Positions 33,893-42,658 of a DNA stretch of 64,000 bases are shown here, in pieces. Numbering within the stretch: the stretch's first letter is position 1; each line of letters starts with the position of its first letter. Location of the stretch: positions 1,714-65,713 of the forward strand of contig CAYNEO010000017.1 of assembly GCA_964396245.1 (NCBI GenBank), in the 5' to 3' direction. The notes below the pieces were generated by a model. The model was not told the origin of the DNA. It saw nothing but the letters and a program-made list of their open reading frames with translations, and did no database searches. A program made the translations under genes and the position numbers. This DNA is from an uncultured Ignavibacteriales bacterium (GTDB taxonomy: Bacteria; Zixibacteria; MSB-5A5; GN15; FEB-12).

Positions 33893-33949
33893 GTTTGTGT
33901 ATACCGACAGAACGTTCAGACAGTGAATTAGCAGACTTGAAGCGGGCAG

Positions 33950-35275
33950 ATGACCAACCCTGAGCAGCAGATAACCGAAGAACAGCCGGTCACCGGCTTT
34001 TTCCCCAGAATCAAGAGCGGTTTTGGCGATTACCGGCGGGAGCTGAAGCTGTTTTCGCGCAATGTCAGGCTGTACCTGATCGGCCTGTTCATGATCTGGG
34101 TCAATTTCCAGATATTCCAGCTGCTGTTCAATCTTTACCTCAAAGAGCTCGGATACGCTGCCGGGGCTATCGGCTGGGTGAATTCATCGCGGGCGATCGG
34201 GATGTCGCTGATGGCGATTCCCGCCGCGATCATTATCAACCGCATTCGTCTCAAACCCGTCCTCATGATGGGGTGCGCGCTGCTGGCCGTGTTCAGCTTC
34301 TTCATGGCAACTGTCAGCACACTGTTTCTTATCATATCGTTTTCAATATTCAGCGGAATGTCACTGGCTGTATTCCGGGTTGCGGCCGGACCGTTTTTCA
34401 TGCGTAATTCGACGCCGGTCGAGCGGACGCTTCTGTTCTCGACGTCGTTTGCAGTCAATGTCCTGGCCGGCATGGCCGCGTCGGCCGGGTCCGGCGAGAT
34501 GGTGACGATTATTGGCGGCGCGGTGGGTGACATTATCCACGGATATCGCTATACATTATATATAGGCATCGTGCTGAGCTCGCTGGCGTTTATTCCGCTG
34601 GCTATGATCAAGTCATCGAAGCCGTCCAGGGAAGAGAACCGCCTGACGCTTTCGCGCGAGCAACTCAGGCGACGGGGCGGGTTTTATTTCAGGATAGCAA
34701 TAGTGAATTTCATTGTCGGGACGGGCGCAGGTCTCATCATACCGTTTTTGAACCTGTATTTTCGGGATCGGTTTGATCTTCCGCCGGATACGATCGGGTG
34801 GTTGTTTTTCGCGGTGACGGCCTCGATGTTTTTCGGCAGTCTTTCGGGTCCGGCGTTGACCAAGAAGTTCGGCCTGGTCCGGACAGTGGTCGTGACGCAG
34901 CTCATGTCGATTCCGTTCATGTTTATTCTTTCCTACAGCTATGTGCTTCCGTTGGTGGTCTTTGCCTTCGTTATGAGGGGCGGATTGATGAATCTGGGTA
35001 CGCCGATTGTGACGAATTTTGCCATGGAATTGAGCGATAAACGGGAGCAGGGGTTTGTCAATGCGCTGCTGATGCTTTCCTGGACGTCGTCGTGGATGGT
35101 CTCGACGGCGGTGGGCGGGACGTTGATCGAAGTGTATGGTTATTCGACGACGATCAATATTACGATGGGACTGTATATCTTTTCGGCTTTCATATTCTAC
35201 TATTTCTTCCGTGGCTACGAGGAACGGAGGGAATCCGGACGCGGCTACTACCTGGTTACCGAGAAATCGCTTTAA
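33950..35275 (+). CDS. MFS transporter
   Basis: The 441-aa protein has ~12 TM helices in a 6+6 arrangement with a central cytoplasmic loop (KPSREENRLTLSREQLRRRG). Confidence 0.75.
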   Translation: MTNPEQQITEEQPVTGFFPRIKSGFGDYRRELKLFSRNVRLYLIGLFMIWVNFQIFQLLFNLYLKELGYAAGAIGWVNSSRAIGMSLMAIPAAIIINRIRLKPVLMMGCALLAVFSFFMATVSTLFLIISFSIFSGMSLAVFRVAAGPFFMRNSTPVERTLLFSTSFAVNVLAGMAASAGSGEMVTIIGGAVGDIIHGYRYTLYIGIVLSSLAFIPLAMIKSSKPSREENRLTLSREQLRRRGGFYFRIAIVNFIVGTGAGLIIPFLNLYFRDRFDLPPDTIGWLFFAVTASMFFGSLSGPALTKKFGLVRTVVVTQLMSIPFMFILSYSYVLPLVVFAFVMRGGLMNLGTPIVTNFAMELSDKREQGFVNALLMLSWTSSWMVSTAVGGTLIEVYGYSTTINITMGLYIFSAFIFYYFFRGYEERRESGRGYYLVTEKSL

Positions 35276-35376
35276 CGTATCGAATCTCAGCCGGGTTGGC
35301 CGGCGGTGATTTGTAGTTGCTCTGCGCCGGTTTTGACCCTACTTTTGACTGCTCGAAGAGGAAACGATGCGATAAA

Positions 35377-37188
35377 ATGGCAAAGGATACTTACAGGGAG
35401 CAGTTCGCATTTGCGGCTGCGATGGCGTTCCAGAAGGTATACGCGGACAAGTTCGAGGCGCTCGGGTACACGGAAGTATTCAACGAAGAGATCGTGTACG
35501 AGCGACTGGAGAAACCGAAAGATCCCCGGATGGGGCGGTTTGCATTGCCGATTTTCCGGTACAGCAAGCTTCTCGGGGACAAGCCGCCATCCATAGCCGA
35601 GAAGACCGCGCCGGAGATTAACCACCAGCTGAGCGTGCATTTTGCGCCGCCCCTGGTGGAATGTGTGGCGGCGGGGGGGTTCCTCAACGCGACCGTCAAT
35701 TTCGCAGCTCTGGCGCGAGAGACGCTGACCCGGATTCACGCCGAACAGGAATCGTACGGTGACTCGGATTTCGGTGAAGACCGTACGTTTCTGGTCGAGT
35801 ACTCATCGCCGAATATCGCCAAGCCGTTCGGAATAGGACATCTTCGCTCGACTATCATCGGCAATTCGCTGAGGTTGATATTCAAGAAACTGGGTTTCAA
35901 TGCTATCGGTATCAACTATCCCGGTGACTGGGGCACGCAGTTCGGCAAGATGATTGTCGCGTATCGAAAGTGGGGCGATGAGAGCGTGTTCGAGGGGGAT
36001 TCGGTCAAGAGGCTGCTGGACCTTTACGTTCGTTTTCATGAGGCGGCCGAAACCGATCCGAAACTTGACGAGGAAGCCCGACAGGCGTTCAAAGAACTGG
36101 AGTCGGGTGACGCGGAGGCGCTTGCACTCTGGGAGAAGTTCAAGACGATTTCTCATGCAGAGTTCGACCGGATTTACGGGCTACTGGGGGTGCATTTCGA
36201 TCGCGTGATAGGGGAGTCGTTTTATAACGACAAGATGGAGGCGGTGATCGAGCGGCTCAAGAAAGACGGCCTGACTAAGGTATCGCAAGGGGCGCTGATT
36301 GTTGAACTCGATGACCCGAATCTGCCGCCCGCCCTGTTGAAGAAGGCCGATGGCGGCACATTGTATCTCACGCGCGATTTGGCGGGGTTGATCTATCGCT
36401 GGGAGACATACCATTTCTATGAGTCGTTGTACGTGGTGGGGACGGCGCAGTCGGACTATTTTAAGCAGGCGCTGATGGTGATAGACAAGATGGAAGAGGC
36501 GGAGAAACTACCGCCCGAAGAGCGCATGACCGGACGCGTGAAACATATTGATTTCGGGTGGGTGAAATTCGAGAACCGGACCATGTCGACGCGGCGAGGA
36601 CAGATCATATTCCTCGAGGATGTTATCGGTCAGGCGCGTGACCTGGCAAGAGAGAAAATTCTCGAGAAGAACCCGGCTCTGGCCGAGATTGACAAAACGG
36701 CGCATATCATCGGTGTCGGGGCAGTACTGTTTTCCCAGCTGTCGGTCAGACGACAGAAAGATGTCAATTTTGTGTGGGAAGAAGTGCTGAATTTCGACGG
36801 CGAAACCGGACCGTATCTTCAGTATACCCACGCCCGCCTGCGCTCACTGCTTCGCAATTACGGACAGGAGGTGGTGGCTGATATCGATTTCGATCTGCTC
36901 GACCAGGAAGAAGAACGTCGGGTTATCGAAATCTTAGCTGATTTTGCGGATGCGATCGGCGATGCGGCGAGGAACTATGATCCGTACTACATATCGGCGT
37001 ACCTGCTCCGGCTGGCGGGGACATTCAACAAGGTTTATCAGCGTAAGGACGAGAACGGGCGTATCGACAAGATCATATCCGATGATGAGAAACGGTCGGC
37101 GGCCAGAATTGCGCTGGTCAAAGCGGTACAGACAGTTATCAAGGACGGCCTGCAGCTTCTGGGGATGGAAGCCCCGGAGGAGATGTGA
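35377..37188 (+). CDS. argS: arginine--tRNA ligase
   Basis: Track ORF (TTG at 35317) trimmed to the ATG at 35377. The class I region is VEYSSPNIAKPFGIGHLRSTIIGN (HIGH-type). The C-terminal DALR anticodon-binding domain ends ...LLGMEAPEEM, the typical ArgRS terminal M. Confidence 0.9.
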   Translation: MAKDTYREQFAFAAAMAFQKVYADKFEALGYTEVFNEEIVYERLEKPKDPRMGRFALPIFRYSKLLGDKPPSIAEKTAPEINHQLSVHFAPPLVECVAAGGFLNATVNFAALARETLTRIHAEQESYGDSDFGEDRTFLVEYSSPNIAKPFGIGHLRSTIIGNSLRLIFKKLGFNAIGINYPGDWGTQFGKMIVAYRKWGDESVFEGDSVKRLLDLYVRFHEAAETDPKLDEEARQAFKELESGDAEALALWEKFKTISHAEFDRIYGLLGVHFDRVIGESFYNDKMEAVIERLKKDGLTKVSQGALIVELDDPNLPPALLKKADGGTLYLTRDLAGLIYRWETYHFYESLYVVGTAQSDYFKQALMVIDKMEEAEKLPPEERMTGRVKHIDFGWVKFENRTMSTRRGQIIFLEDVIGQARDLAREKILEKNPALAEIDKTAHIIGVGAVLFSQLSVRRQKDVNFVWEEVLNFDGETGPYLQYTHARLRSLLRNYGQEVVADIDFDLLDQEEERRVIEILADFADAIGDAARNYDPYYISAYLLRLAGTFNKVYQRKDENGRIDKIISDDEKRSAARIALVKAVQTVIKDGLQLLGMEAPEEM

Positions 37189-37342
37189 CCTCGCATTATC
37201 AGGCGGTTTATACGACCGATGCCGCCTTCGCCCGGGCAGTCTGTCTTGACTCTTGACTTTCACTCGAAAAAAACCGAGATTCCATACTCCGGTCCGTGTG
37301 GACAGGCTATGTCTTTGTTTCACACGGCGCTAAGGTGAAAAC

Positions 37343-38359
37343 ATGCTGATAATCATGGAAACAAAAGCAGGCCCCGACCTGGTGCGGCGGGTCTGCGATG
37401 AAATAGAGAAAATGGGGCTGGCCTCGCATCCCATAGTGGGCATGCAACGGACCGTTATCGCGGTGACCGGCAATAAGTTCCAGATAGACTCCGATCATAT
37501 CCAGACGATGCCGGGCGTGAACGAGATCGTCCATGTCACGCGCCCGTATCGGCTTGTCAGCCGCGATGAGCATCCCGAGGACAGCGTTTTTCAACTCAAC
37601 GGCGTCACAATCGGTGGCGGGACATTCACGGTTATGGCGGGACCCTGTTCGGTAGAAAGCCGGGATCAGGCTTTTCGAATTGCGGAGGCGGTGGCAAAAG
37701 CGGGGGCCAAGGTGTACCGCGGCGGTGCGTTCAAACCGAGGACGTCGCCCTATACATTTCAGGGCCTTGGTGAGGAGGGTTTGCAGATTCTTCGCGAGGT
37801 GCGGGAGCAATTCGGGCTTCTGATCATCACCGAGGCAATCGACACCGAAACGCTCGGTCTGGTGGCACAGTATGCTGATATAGTCCAGATAGGCGCCCGC
37901 AACATGCAGAATTATTCGTTGCTGCGTAAGGCGGGGCGGACCAACAAGCCGGTGCTGGTCAAGAGAGGGCTGTCGGCAACTATCGATGAATGGCTGATGG
38001 CCGCCGAGTATGTGCTGGCCGAAGGGAATCCACGGGTCATTTTATGTGAGCGAGGTATTCGGACATCGGCAAATCACAACGGCCACGTGCTTGACCTGTC
38101 GGCGATTCCACACGTGAAACGGTTAAGCCATCTGCCGGTAATCTGCGACCCAAGCCACGGCTCCGGTCAGAAATACAAGGTACCGCCGCTTTCTCGCGCA
38201 AGCCTCGCCGCGGGCGCCGATGGTTTGTTGATTGAGGTTCACCATGAGCCGCAACAGGCGCTTTCAGATGGTCCTCAGGCGATTACTCCTGACATTCTCA
38301 GTGAATTGATGAACGACGTGCGGAATATCGCCGGTGTGCTGGGCAGGACGATCGCATGA
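37343..38359 (+). CDS. aroF: 3-deoxy-7-phosphoheptulonate (DAHP) synthase, type I-beta with N-terminal ferredoxin-like regulatory domain
   Basis: The protein is collinear with the Thermotoga maritima DAHPS as I recall it: N-terminal ~65-aa FL domain, then RPYRLVSRDEHPEDSV, GPCSVES, YRGGAFKPRTSPYTFQGLG, QIGARNMQN, KRG and CDPSH. Confidence 0.9.
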   Translation: MLIIMETKAGPDLVRRVCDEIEKMGLASHPIVGMQRTVIAVTGNKFQIDSDHIQTMPGVNEIVHVTRPYRLVSRDEHPEDSVFQLNGVTIGGGTFTVMAGPCSVESRDQAFRIAEAVAKAGAKVYRGGAFKPRTSPYTFQGLGEEGLQILREVREQFGLLIITEAIDTETLGLVAQYADIVQIGARNMQNYSLLRKAGRTNKPVLVKRGLSATIDEWLMAAEYVLAEGNPRVILCERGIRTSANHNGHVLDLSAIPHVKRLSHLPVICDPSHGSGQKYKVPPLSRASLAAGADGLLIEVHHEPQQALSDGPQAITPDILSELMNDVRNIAGVLGRTIA

Positions 38360-39699
38360 AGCGGGAACTGAAACCGGCTCGAAGAATCGGGGGCATGATA
38401 ACGGTTCCGGGAGACAAGTCGATCGCTCATCGGGCGGCGTTGCTGTCGATCCTGGCCGAAGAACCCCTGCAGGTCACCAATTATCCGAACAGTGTCGATT
38501 GCGGCAGATCGCTCGCTGCGGCCCAACAACTCGGAGTAAAGGTCGAACAGGCAGACAATTTGTTGACCCTGACGCCGCCATCCGAGCCCCGTATTGAACC
38601 GGATACAATTATTGATTGCGGTAATTCGGGCACGACGGCCCGATTGCTGGCGGGAATAGTGGCGGGCTCACCGTTGAGTGCGGTGCTTTCGGGCGATGGG
38701 TCGCTTTCGAACCGACCGATGAAGCGTATTGTCGATCCGTTGTCATCGATGGGCGCCGAGGTGTATGACACCGACGGCCATCTTCCGCTCACGATTCATG
38801 GCCGGAAATTGCTTCCCTTCGAGTACACGCTGCCGATACCGTCGGCGCAGGTGAAATCGTCGGTGCTGCTGGCCGGACTGGCTTCACGGTGCTCGACGGT
38901 GGTGCGGGAGGAAGCGATTACCCGGGACCACACGGAACTGATGGTTCAGGCAATTGGCGAGGGACTCACGGTACGCGATGTCAAGCCGGTTATGGAACCG
39001 GACCCGGTTGATCCTCGGAAAAAGAAGATGATTATGCCGGAGAGTTTTAAGCGGGAGATCACACTCGGTCCCGGCGCGCGCATTCACGGCGGCCGGATTG
39101 ATATACCGGGTGATATCTCGACCGCAGCGTTTTTCTTTGCGGTTGCGGCGCTGTCGGGTCAGACCGTCACGGTTGAGAATGTCGGTTTGAATCCAACCCG
39201 GACCGGATTTCTTGATTATCTGAAAATGACCGGGGCCAAAGTGGAAATCTCTGACAAGACCGTTGTCTCAGGCGAAGCGCGGGGAACGGTGACGGTAACC
39301 GGTGAGGGAATCAAGCCGCGCAAGATATCCGGCGAGACGACGGTTGGCGTGATTGACGAAGTTCCGATAATTGCCGTTATGGCGGCGTTTGCCGATGGTA
39401 CGACGGTCGTACGGAACGCCGCGGAGCTCCGCGTGAAAGAATCGGATCGTCTGGCGGCAGTCGGGGAGAATCTTTCCCGGATGGGAGTGAAGTGCGGTTT
39501 GCTGGAGGATGGTCTTGCGATCGAAGGCGGGAAGGAGCTGACCGGCTCGGATTTCTCGAGTTTTGGAGATCATCGTATTGCCATGGCATTTTCGGTGGCA
39601 TCGCTGTTTCTCGTCGGCCCGTCGACCATCGATGATGATTCGGTGGTGGCGATATCGTGTCCCGGATTCTATGACCTTCTGGGCCGGATAGCCGAGTGA
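38356..39699 (+). CDS. aroA: 3-phosphoshikimate 1-carboxyvinyltransferase (EPSP synthase)
   Basis: An ATGA overlap joins it to aroF. Motifs are PGDKSIAHRAALL, CGNSGTTARLLAG, LSNRPMKRI and GDHRIAMAFS. Confidence 0.9.
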   Translation: MKRELKPARRIGGMITVPGDKSIAHRAALLSILAEEPLQVTNYPNSVDCGRSLAAAQQLGVKVEQADNLLTLTPPSEPRIEPDTIIDCGNSGTTARLLAGIVAGSPLSAVLSGDGSLSNRPMKRIVDPLSSMGAEVYDTDGHLPLTIHGRKLLPFEYTLPIPSAQVKSSVLLAGLASRCSTVVREEAITRDHTELMVQAIGEGLTVRDVKPVMEPDPVDPRKKKMIMPESFKREITLGPGARIHGGRIDIPGDISTAAFFFAVAALSGQTVTVENVGLNPTRTGFLDYLKMTGAKVEISDKTVVSGEARGTVTVTGEGIKPRKISGETTVGVIDEVPIIAVMAAFADGTTVVRNAAELRVKESDRLAAVGENLSRMGVKCGLLEDGLAIEGGKELTGSDFSSFGDHRIAMAFSVASLFLVGPSTIDDDSVVAISCPGFYDLLGRIAE

Positions 39700-39706
39700 G
39701 TGTGTG

Positions 39707-40531
39707 ATGAGATTCGGAGTGATCGGTCAACGGATTTCCTATTCAAAGTCGCCGGATATCTTCAAGGCTATTTTCGAGGTGACGGGAATCGACGGCCGGT
39801 TCGAGATCTTCTCGTTTGAGCCGGAGGAACTGGGTGAACGGATGCGTGCGTTCCGCGAGCTTGGCATGCGCGGCTTATCCGTTACGTTGCCATACAAGGC
39901 GGCTGTCATCCCGTATCTTGACGAGACAGACCCGGTGGCGGCAAGACTCAATGCGGTCAATTCGATCTCGTTTGATTCCGGGCGACTCATAGGGCACAAC
40001 ACCGACTGGTCGGGATTCGGGTTCGCGTTGCACGGTCACGGGGACAGACTGCGCGGCGGACGAGCCCTCGTGTTCGGTAACGGCGGGGCGGCATCCGCAG
40101 CGGTGTACTGCCTGGTTCATGATTTTCATATCGGGACCGTGACTGTTGTGGGGCGTGACATGAATAACCTGAGCGCGTTCAAGTCGCTGCTTGAATCATC
40201 GTTGCCTGCAGACAGTGTGGTGATCGAAACGGCCAATATCTCAACTTTCGAACCGACATCATCGTACGATATCACTGTGAACAGCACGCCGCTCGGCGGC
40301 TGGAATCATCCGGGGGAGAGCCCTCTGCCGGAGAATTTCGACTGGGCATCGACGCAAATCTACTATGACATCAACTACAATGCCGACAACCTGCTTGTGA
40401 AACAGGCGCGCGATGCGGGCGTTATTGCCATTGACGGTTCGCGGATGCTCGTTGCGCAGGCAATCCATTCATTTGAACTGTGGACCGGACGGACCGTTGG
40501 TTTCGAGCCGATCTACACCGCCGTATTTTAG
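39707..40531 (+). CDS. aroE: shikimate dehydrogenase
   Basis: The ATG at 39707 is taken as the start (the track uses the GTG at 39704). Motifs are SYSKSP, LSVTLPYK (catalytic Lys), NTDWSGF and GNGGAASAAVY (NADP fold). Confidence 0.85.
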   Translation: MRFGVIGQRISYSKSPDIFKAIFEVTGIDGRFEIFSFEPEELGERMRAFRELGMRGLSVTLPYKAAVIPYLDETDPVAARLNAVNSISFDSGRLIGHNTDWSGFGFALHGHGDRLRGGRALVFGNGGAASAAVYCLVHDFHIGTVTVVGRDMNNLSAFKSLLESSLPADSVVIETANISTFEPTSSYDITVNSTPLGGWNHPGESPLPENFDWASTQIYYDINYNADNLLVKQARDAGVIAIDGSRMLVAQAIHSFELWTGRTVGFEPIYTAVF

Positions 40532-40562
40532 CGGTCGGACTGACGTGAGCTATTTTTCCAGT

Positions 40563-41138
40563 ATGAGTCTTGAAAGCGCCATATTTCTTATCGGCTTTTC
40601 GGGTTCCGGCAAAACGTCAATCGGCAGGGAACTGGCCCGGCGGTTCACGGTCCGGTTCTATGACACCGACGACATTATCGAGAAGCAGCAGAAACGGAGC
40701 GTAGGGGAAATATTCGAGCAGGACGGTGAAGGGTTTTTTCGACGCATTGAATCAGAGGTTATCCGGAATGTGGTTGCCGCGAAACCGGCCGGTAAGGTGG
40801 TTTCCCTGGGCGGGGGGGCATTCAAGAGCAAGGCAAATCGCAATCTTGTCAACTCGACCGGGGTGTCGGTATATTTGAGTTGTTCCGTGCGTGAAATCTA
40901 TCGGCGGGTGTCGCGGAAGACCGACCGACCGTTATTGCGTGTGAAGCCAAGAGCCAATCAGACCATGAGACAGGCACAGCTGGCTCGAATAAGGGAATTG
41001 CTGCGCGAGCGGATTCAGAATTACTCGCTGGCAATTCTCCGGTATGCCACCACAGGGAAGGATATCGAGACAGCAGCAAGTGACCTGTATACAAAAATCG
41101 AGGAGTATCATGCCCGACATAGAAGTCAAGTGCGCTGA
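40563..41138 (+). CDS. aroK: shikimate kinase
   Basis: Track ORF trimmed to the ATG at 40563; an in-frame GTG at 40545 is an alternative start. The Walker A motif is GFSGSGKTSIG, followed by FYDTDD and GGGAF. Confidence 0.85.
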   Translation: MSLESAIFLIGFSGSGKTSIGRELARRFTVRFYDTDDIIEKQQKRSVGEIFEQDGEGFFRRIESEVIRNVVAAKPAGKVVSLGGGAFKSKANRNLVNSTGVSVYLSCSVREIYRRVSRKTDRPLLRVKPRANQTMRQAQLARIRELLRERIQNYSLAILRYATTGKDIETAASDLYTKIEEYHARHRSQVR

Positions 41139-42249
41139 CAGCGCATATCCTATCGTAATCGGAAGAAGAATCCAGAAGCGTCTGAGTTCGCTGCTCAGGC
41201 GTCATGTTCGAACAGGCAGGTTGTTCGTTTTCTACGATGCCCAGCTATATGCCCTTCACGGCCGCGTAATTGCAAAGCACCTTGGTCTGCCGAAAAGCCG
41301 CGTACATGAAATGGTGCTGCCACAGGGTGAAAGTACGAAGTCATTGACGCACCTCGGTCAGCTTTATGATTTCATGCTGGCTCAGAATATCTCGCGCGAT
41401 GATTTCATCCTGGCATGCGGCGGCGGTGTGACTACGGATCTTGCCGGGTACGCCGCAGCGACCGTCCTCCGGGGCGTCAACTGGGGGGCGGTGCCGACGA
41501 CACTGCTCGGGATGGTGGATGCGGCAATCGGCGGCAAGACGGCTATCAACCACAAACGCGGCAAAAACCTGATCGGCGCATTCTGGCAGCCGTCGTTCGT
41601 ACTGTCGGATGTAACCCTGTTGAACACCCTGCCGCCGAGGCAGATGGTGTCGGGACTTGGCGAGGTTGTCAAGTACTGCGGGCTTATCGGCCCGACGATG
41701 ATTGAAACGGTGCGCGAATACCTCGAGGCTTCGAACCTCTATCACGAACAACTTCTGGTCAAGGTGATCGAACAGGCGGCCGCGTACAAGGCCGATATCG
41801 TCTCCCACGACGAGCGGGAACAGGACAGGCGCATGCTGTTGAATTTCGGACACACGGTCGGCCATGCTATCGAAAGCTCGCTGGACTACACCAAGCTCCT
41901 TCATGGTGAAACGGTGCTGCTGGGAATCCTGGCCGCGCTCGAGTTGGGAGCGCAGGTGAAACCTCGAACTGCTCAGAATCTCGCCGAATATCGCACGATG
42001 GTTGAGGGTTTTCTTCGTCTGCTGCCGCGGCAGGAACTCGACGCGAAGGCCATTCTGGCCGGCATATCGCACGACAAGAAGCGGTCGCAGAAGACGCAAA
42101 GATTTGTCTTGCTCGAACGGCCGGGCAAACCATTTATTGCAACCGATATCAGTAATGCCATTCTGAGAAAAGCTGTCACCAGGATGTTAGCAGTATACTC
42201 AGGGAAAAAGAGGAACTATGCCAACCATACTCATCGTAAACGGTCCTAA
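41110..42249 (+). CDS. aroB: 3-dehydroquinate synthase
   Basis: Track ORF trimmed to the ATG at 41110 with RBS GAGGAG 5 nt upstream; it overlaps aroK by 29 nt. Motifs are GGGVTTDLAGYAAA, GGKTAIN, GHTVGHAIE and LHGETV. Confidence 0.9.
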   Translation: MPDIEVKCADSAYPIVIGRRIQKRLSSLLRRHVRTGRLFVFYDAQLYALHGRVIAKHLGLPKSRVHEMVLPQGESTKSLTHLGQLYDFMLAQNISRDDFILACGGGVTTDLAGYAAATVLRGVNWGAVPTTLLGMVDAAIGGKTAINHKRGKNLIGAFWQPSFVLSDVTLLNTLPPRQMVSGLGEVVKYCGLIGPTMIETVREYLEASNLYHEQLLVKVIEQAAAYKADIVSHDEREQDRRMLLNFGHTVGHAIESSLDYTKLLHGETVLLGILAALELGAQVKPRTAQNLAEYRTMVEGFLRLLPRQELDAKAILAGISHDKKRSQKTQRFVLLERPGKPFIATDISNAILRKAVTRMLAVYSGKKRNYANHTHRKRS

Positions 42250-42658
42250 CCTGAACCTGCTCGGCAAACGGGAACCGGATGTCTACGGCAAAAAGACTCT
42301 CTCCGAGATCAATGACAGCCTCAGCCGCCTGGCCGGTGAACTCGATCTGGATTTGATATTTTTCCAGTCGAACGGAGAAGGTGAGATTATCGACTTTATC
42401 CAGAGTGAAGCGCCGAAAGCGGCCGGGATGATTATCAACCCGGGGGCACTGACGCATTACAGCTACGCTATCCGGGACGCTATCGTGGCCACCGCTGTCG
42501 AAACGGTGGAAGTGCACGTGTCGAATGTGTTCAAGCGTGAAGAATTTCGTCACAAATCCGTACTGGCGCCGGTGTGTAAAGGATTTCTTGCCGGTTTCGG
42601 CTTCTACGGATATGCTATGGCTTTATCGTATTTTGCCGACACTAAACAACATGGGTAA
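42218..42658 (+). CDS. aroQ: type II 3-dehydroquinate dehydratase
   Basis: RBS AAGAGGAA precedes the start, and the gene overlaps aroB by 32 nt. Motifs are ILIVNGPNLNLLGKREPDVYG, INPGALTHYS and VEVHVSNVFKREEFRHKS. Confidence 0.9.
   Translation: MPTILIVNGPNLNLLGKREPDVYGKKTLSEINDSLSRLAGELDLDLIFFQSNGEGEIIDFIQSEAPKAAGMIINPGALTHYSYAIRDAIVATAVETVEVHVSNVFKREEFRHKSVLAPVCKGFLAGFGFYGYAMALSYFADTKQHG

Noticed and set aside
37309-37338. 9-codon uORF (MSLFHTALR) inside the aro leader hairpin; a possible attenuation leader peptide
   Set aside because: It has only one aromatic codon (Phe) and no run of regulatory codons. There is no terminator/antiterminator alternative that I can draw, and no SD of its own.
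41341-42099. 252-aa minus-strand ORF
   Set aside because: It is antisense to aroB, which carries all the dehydroquinate synthase motifs.
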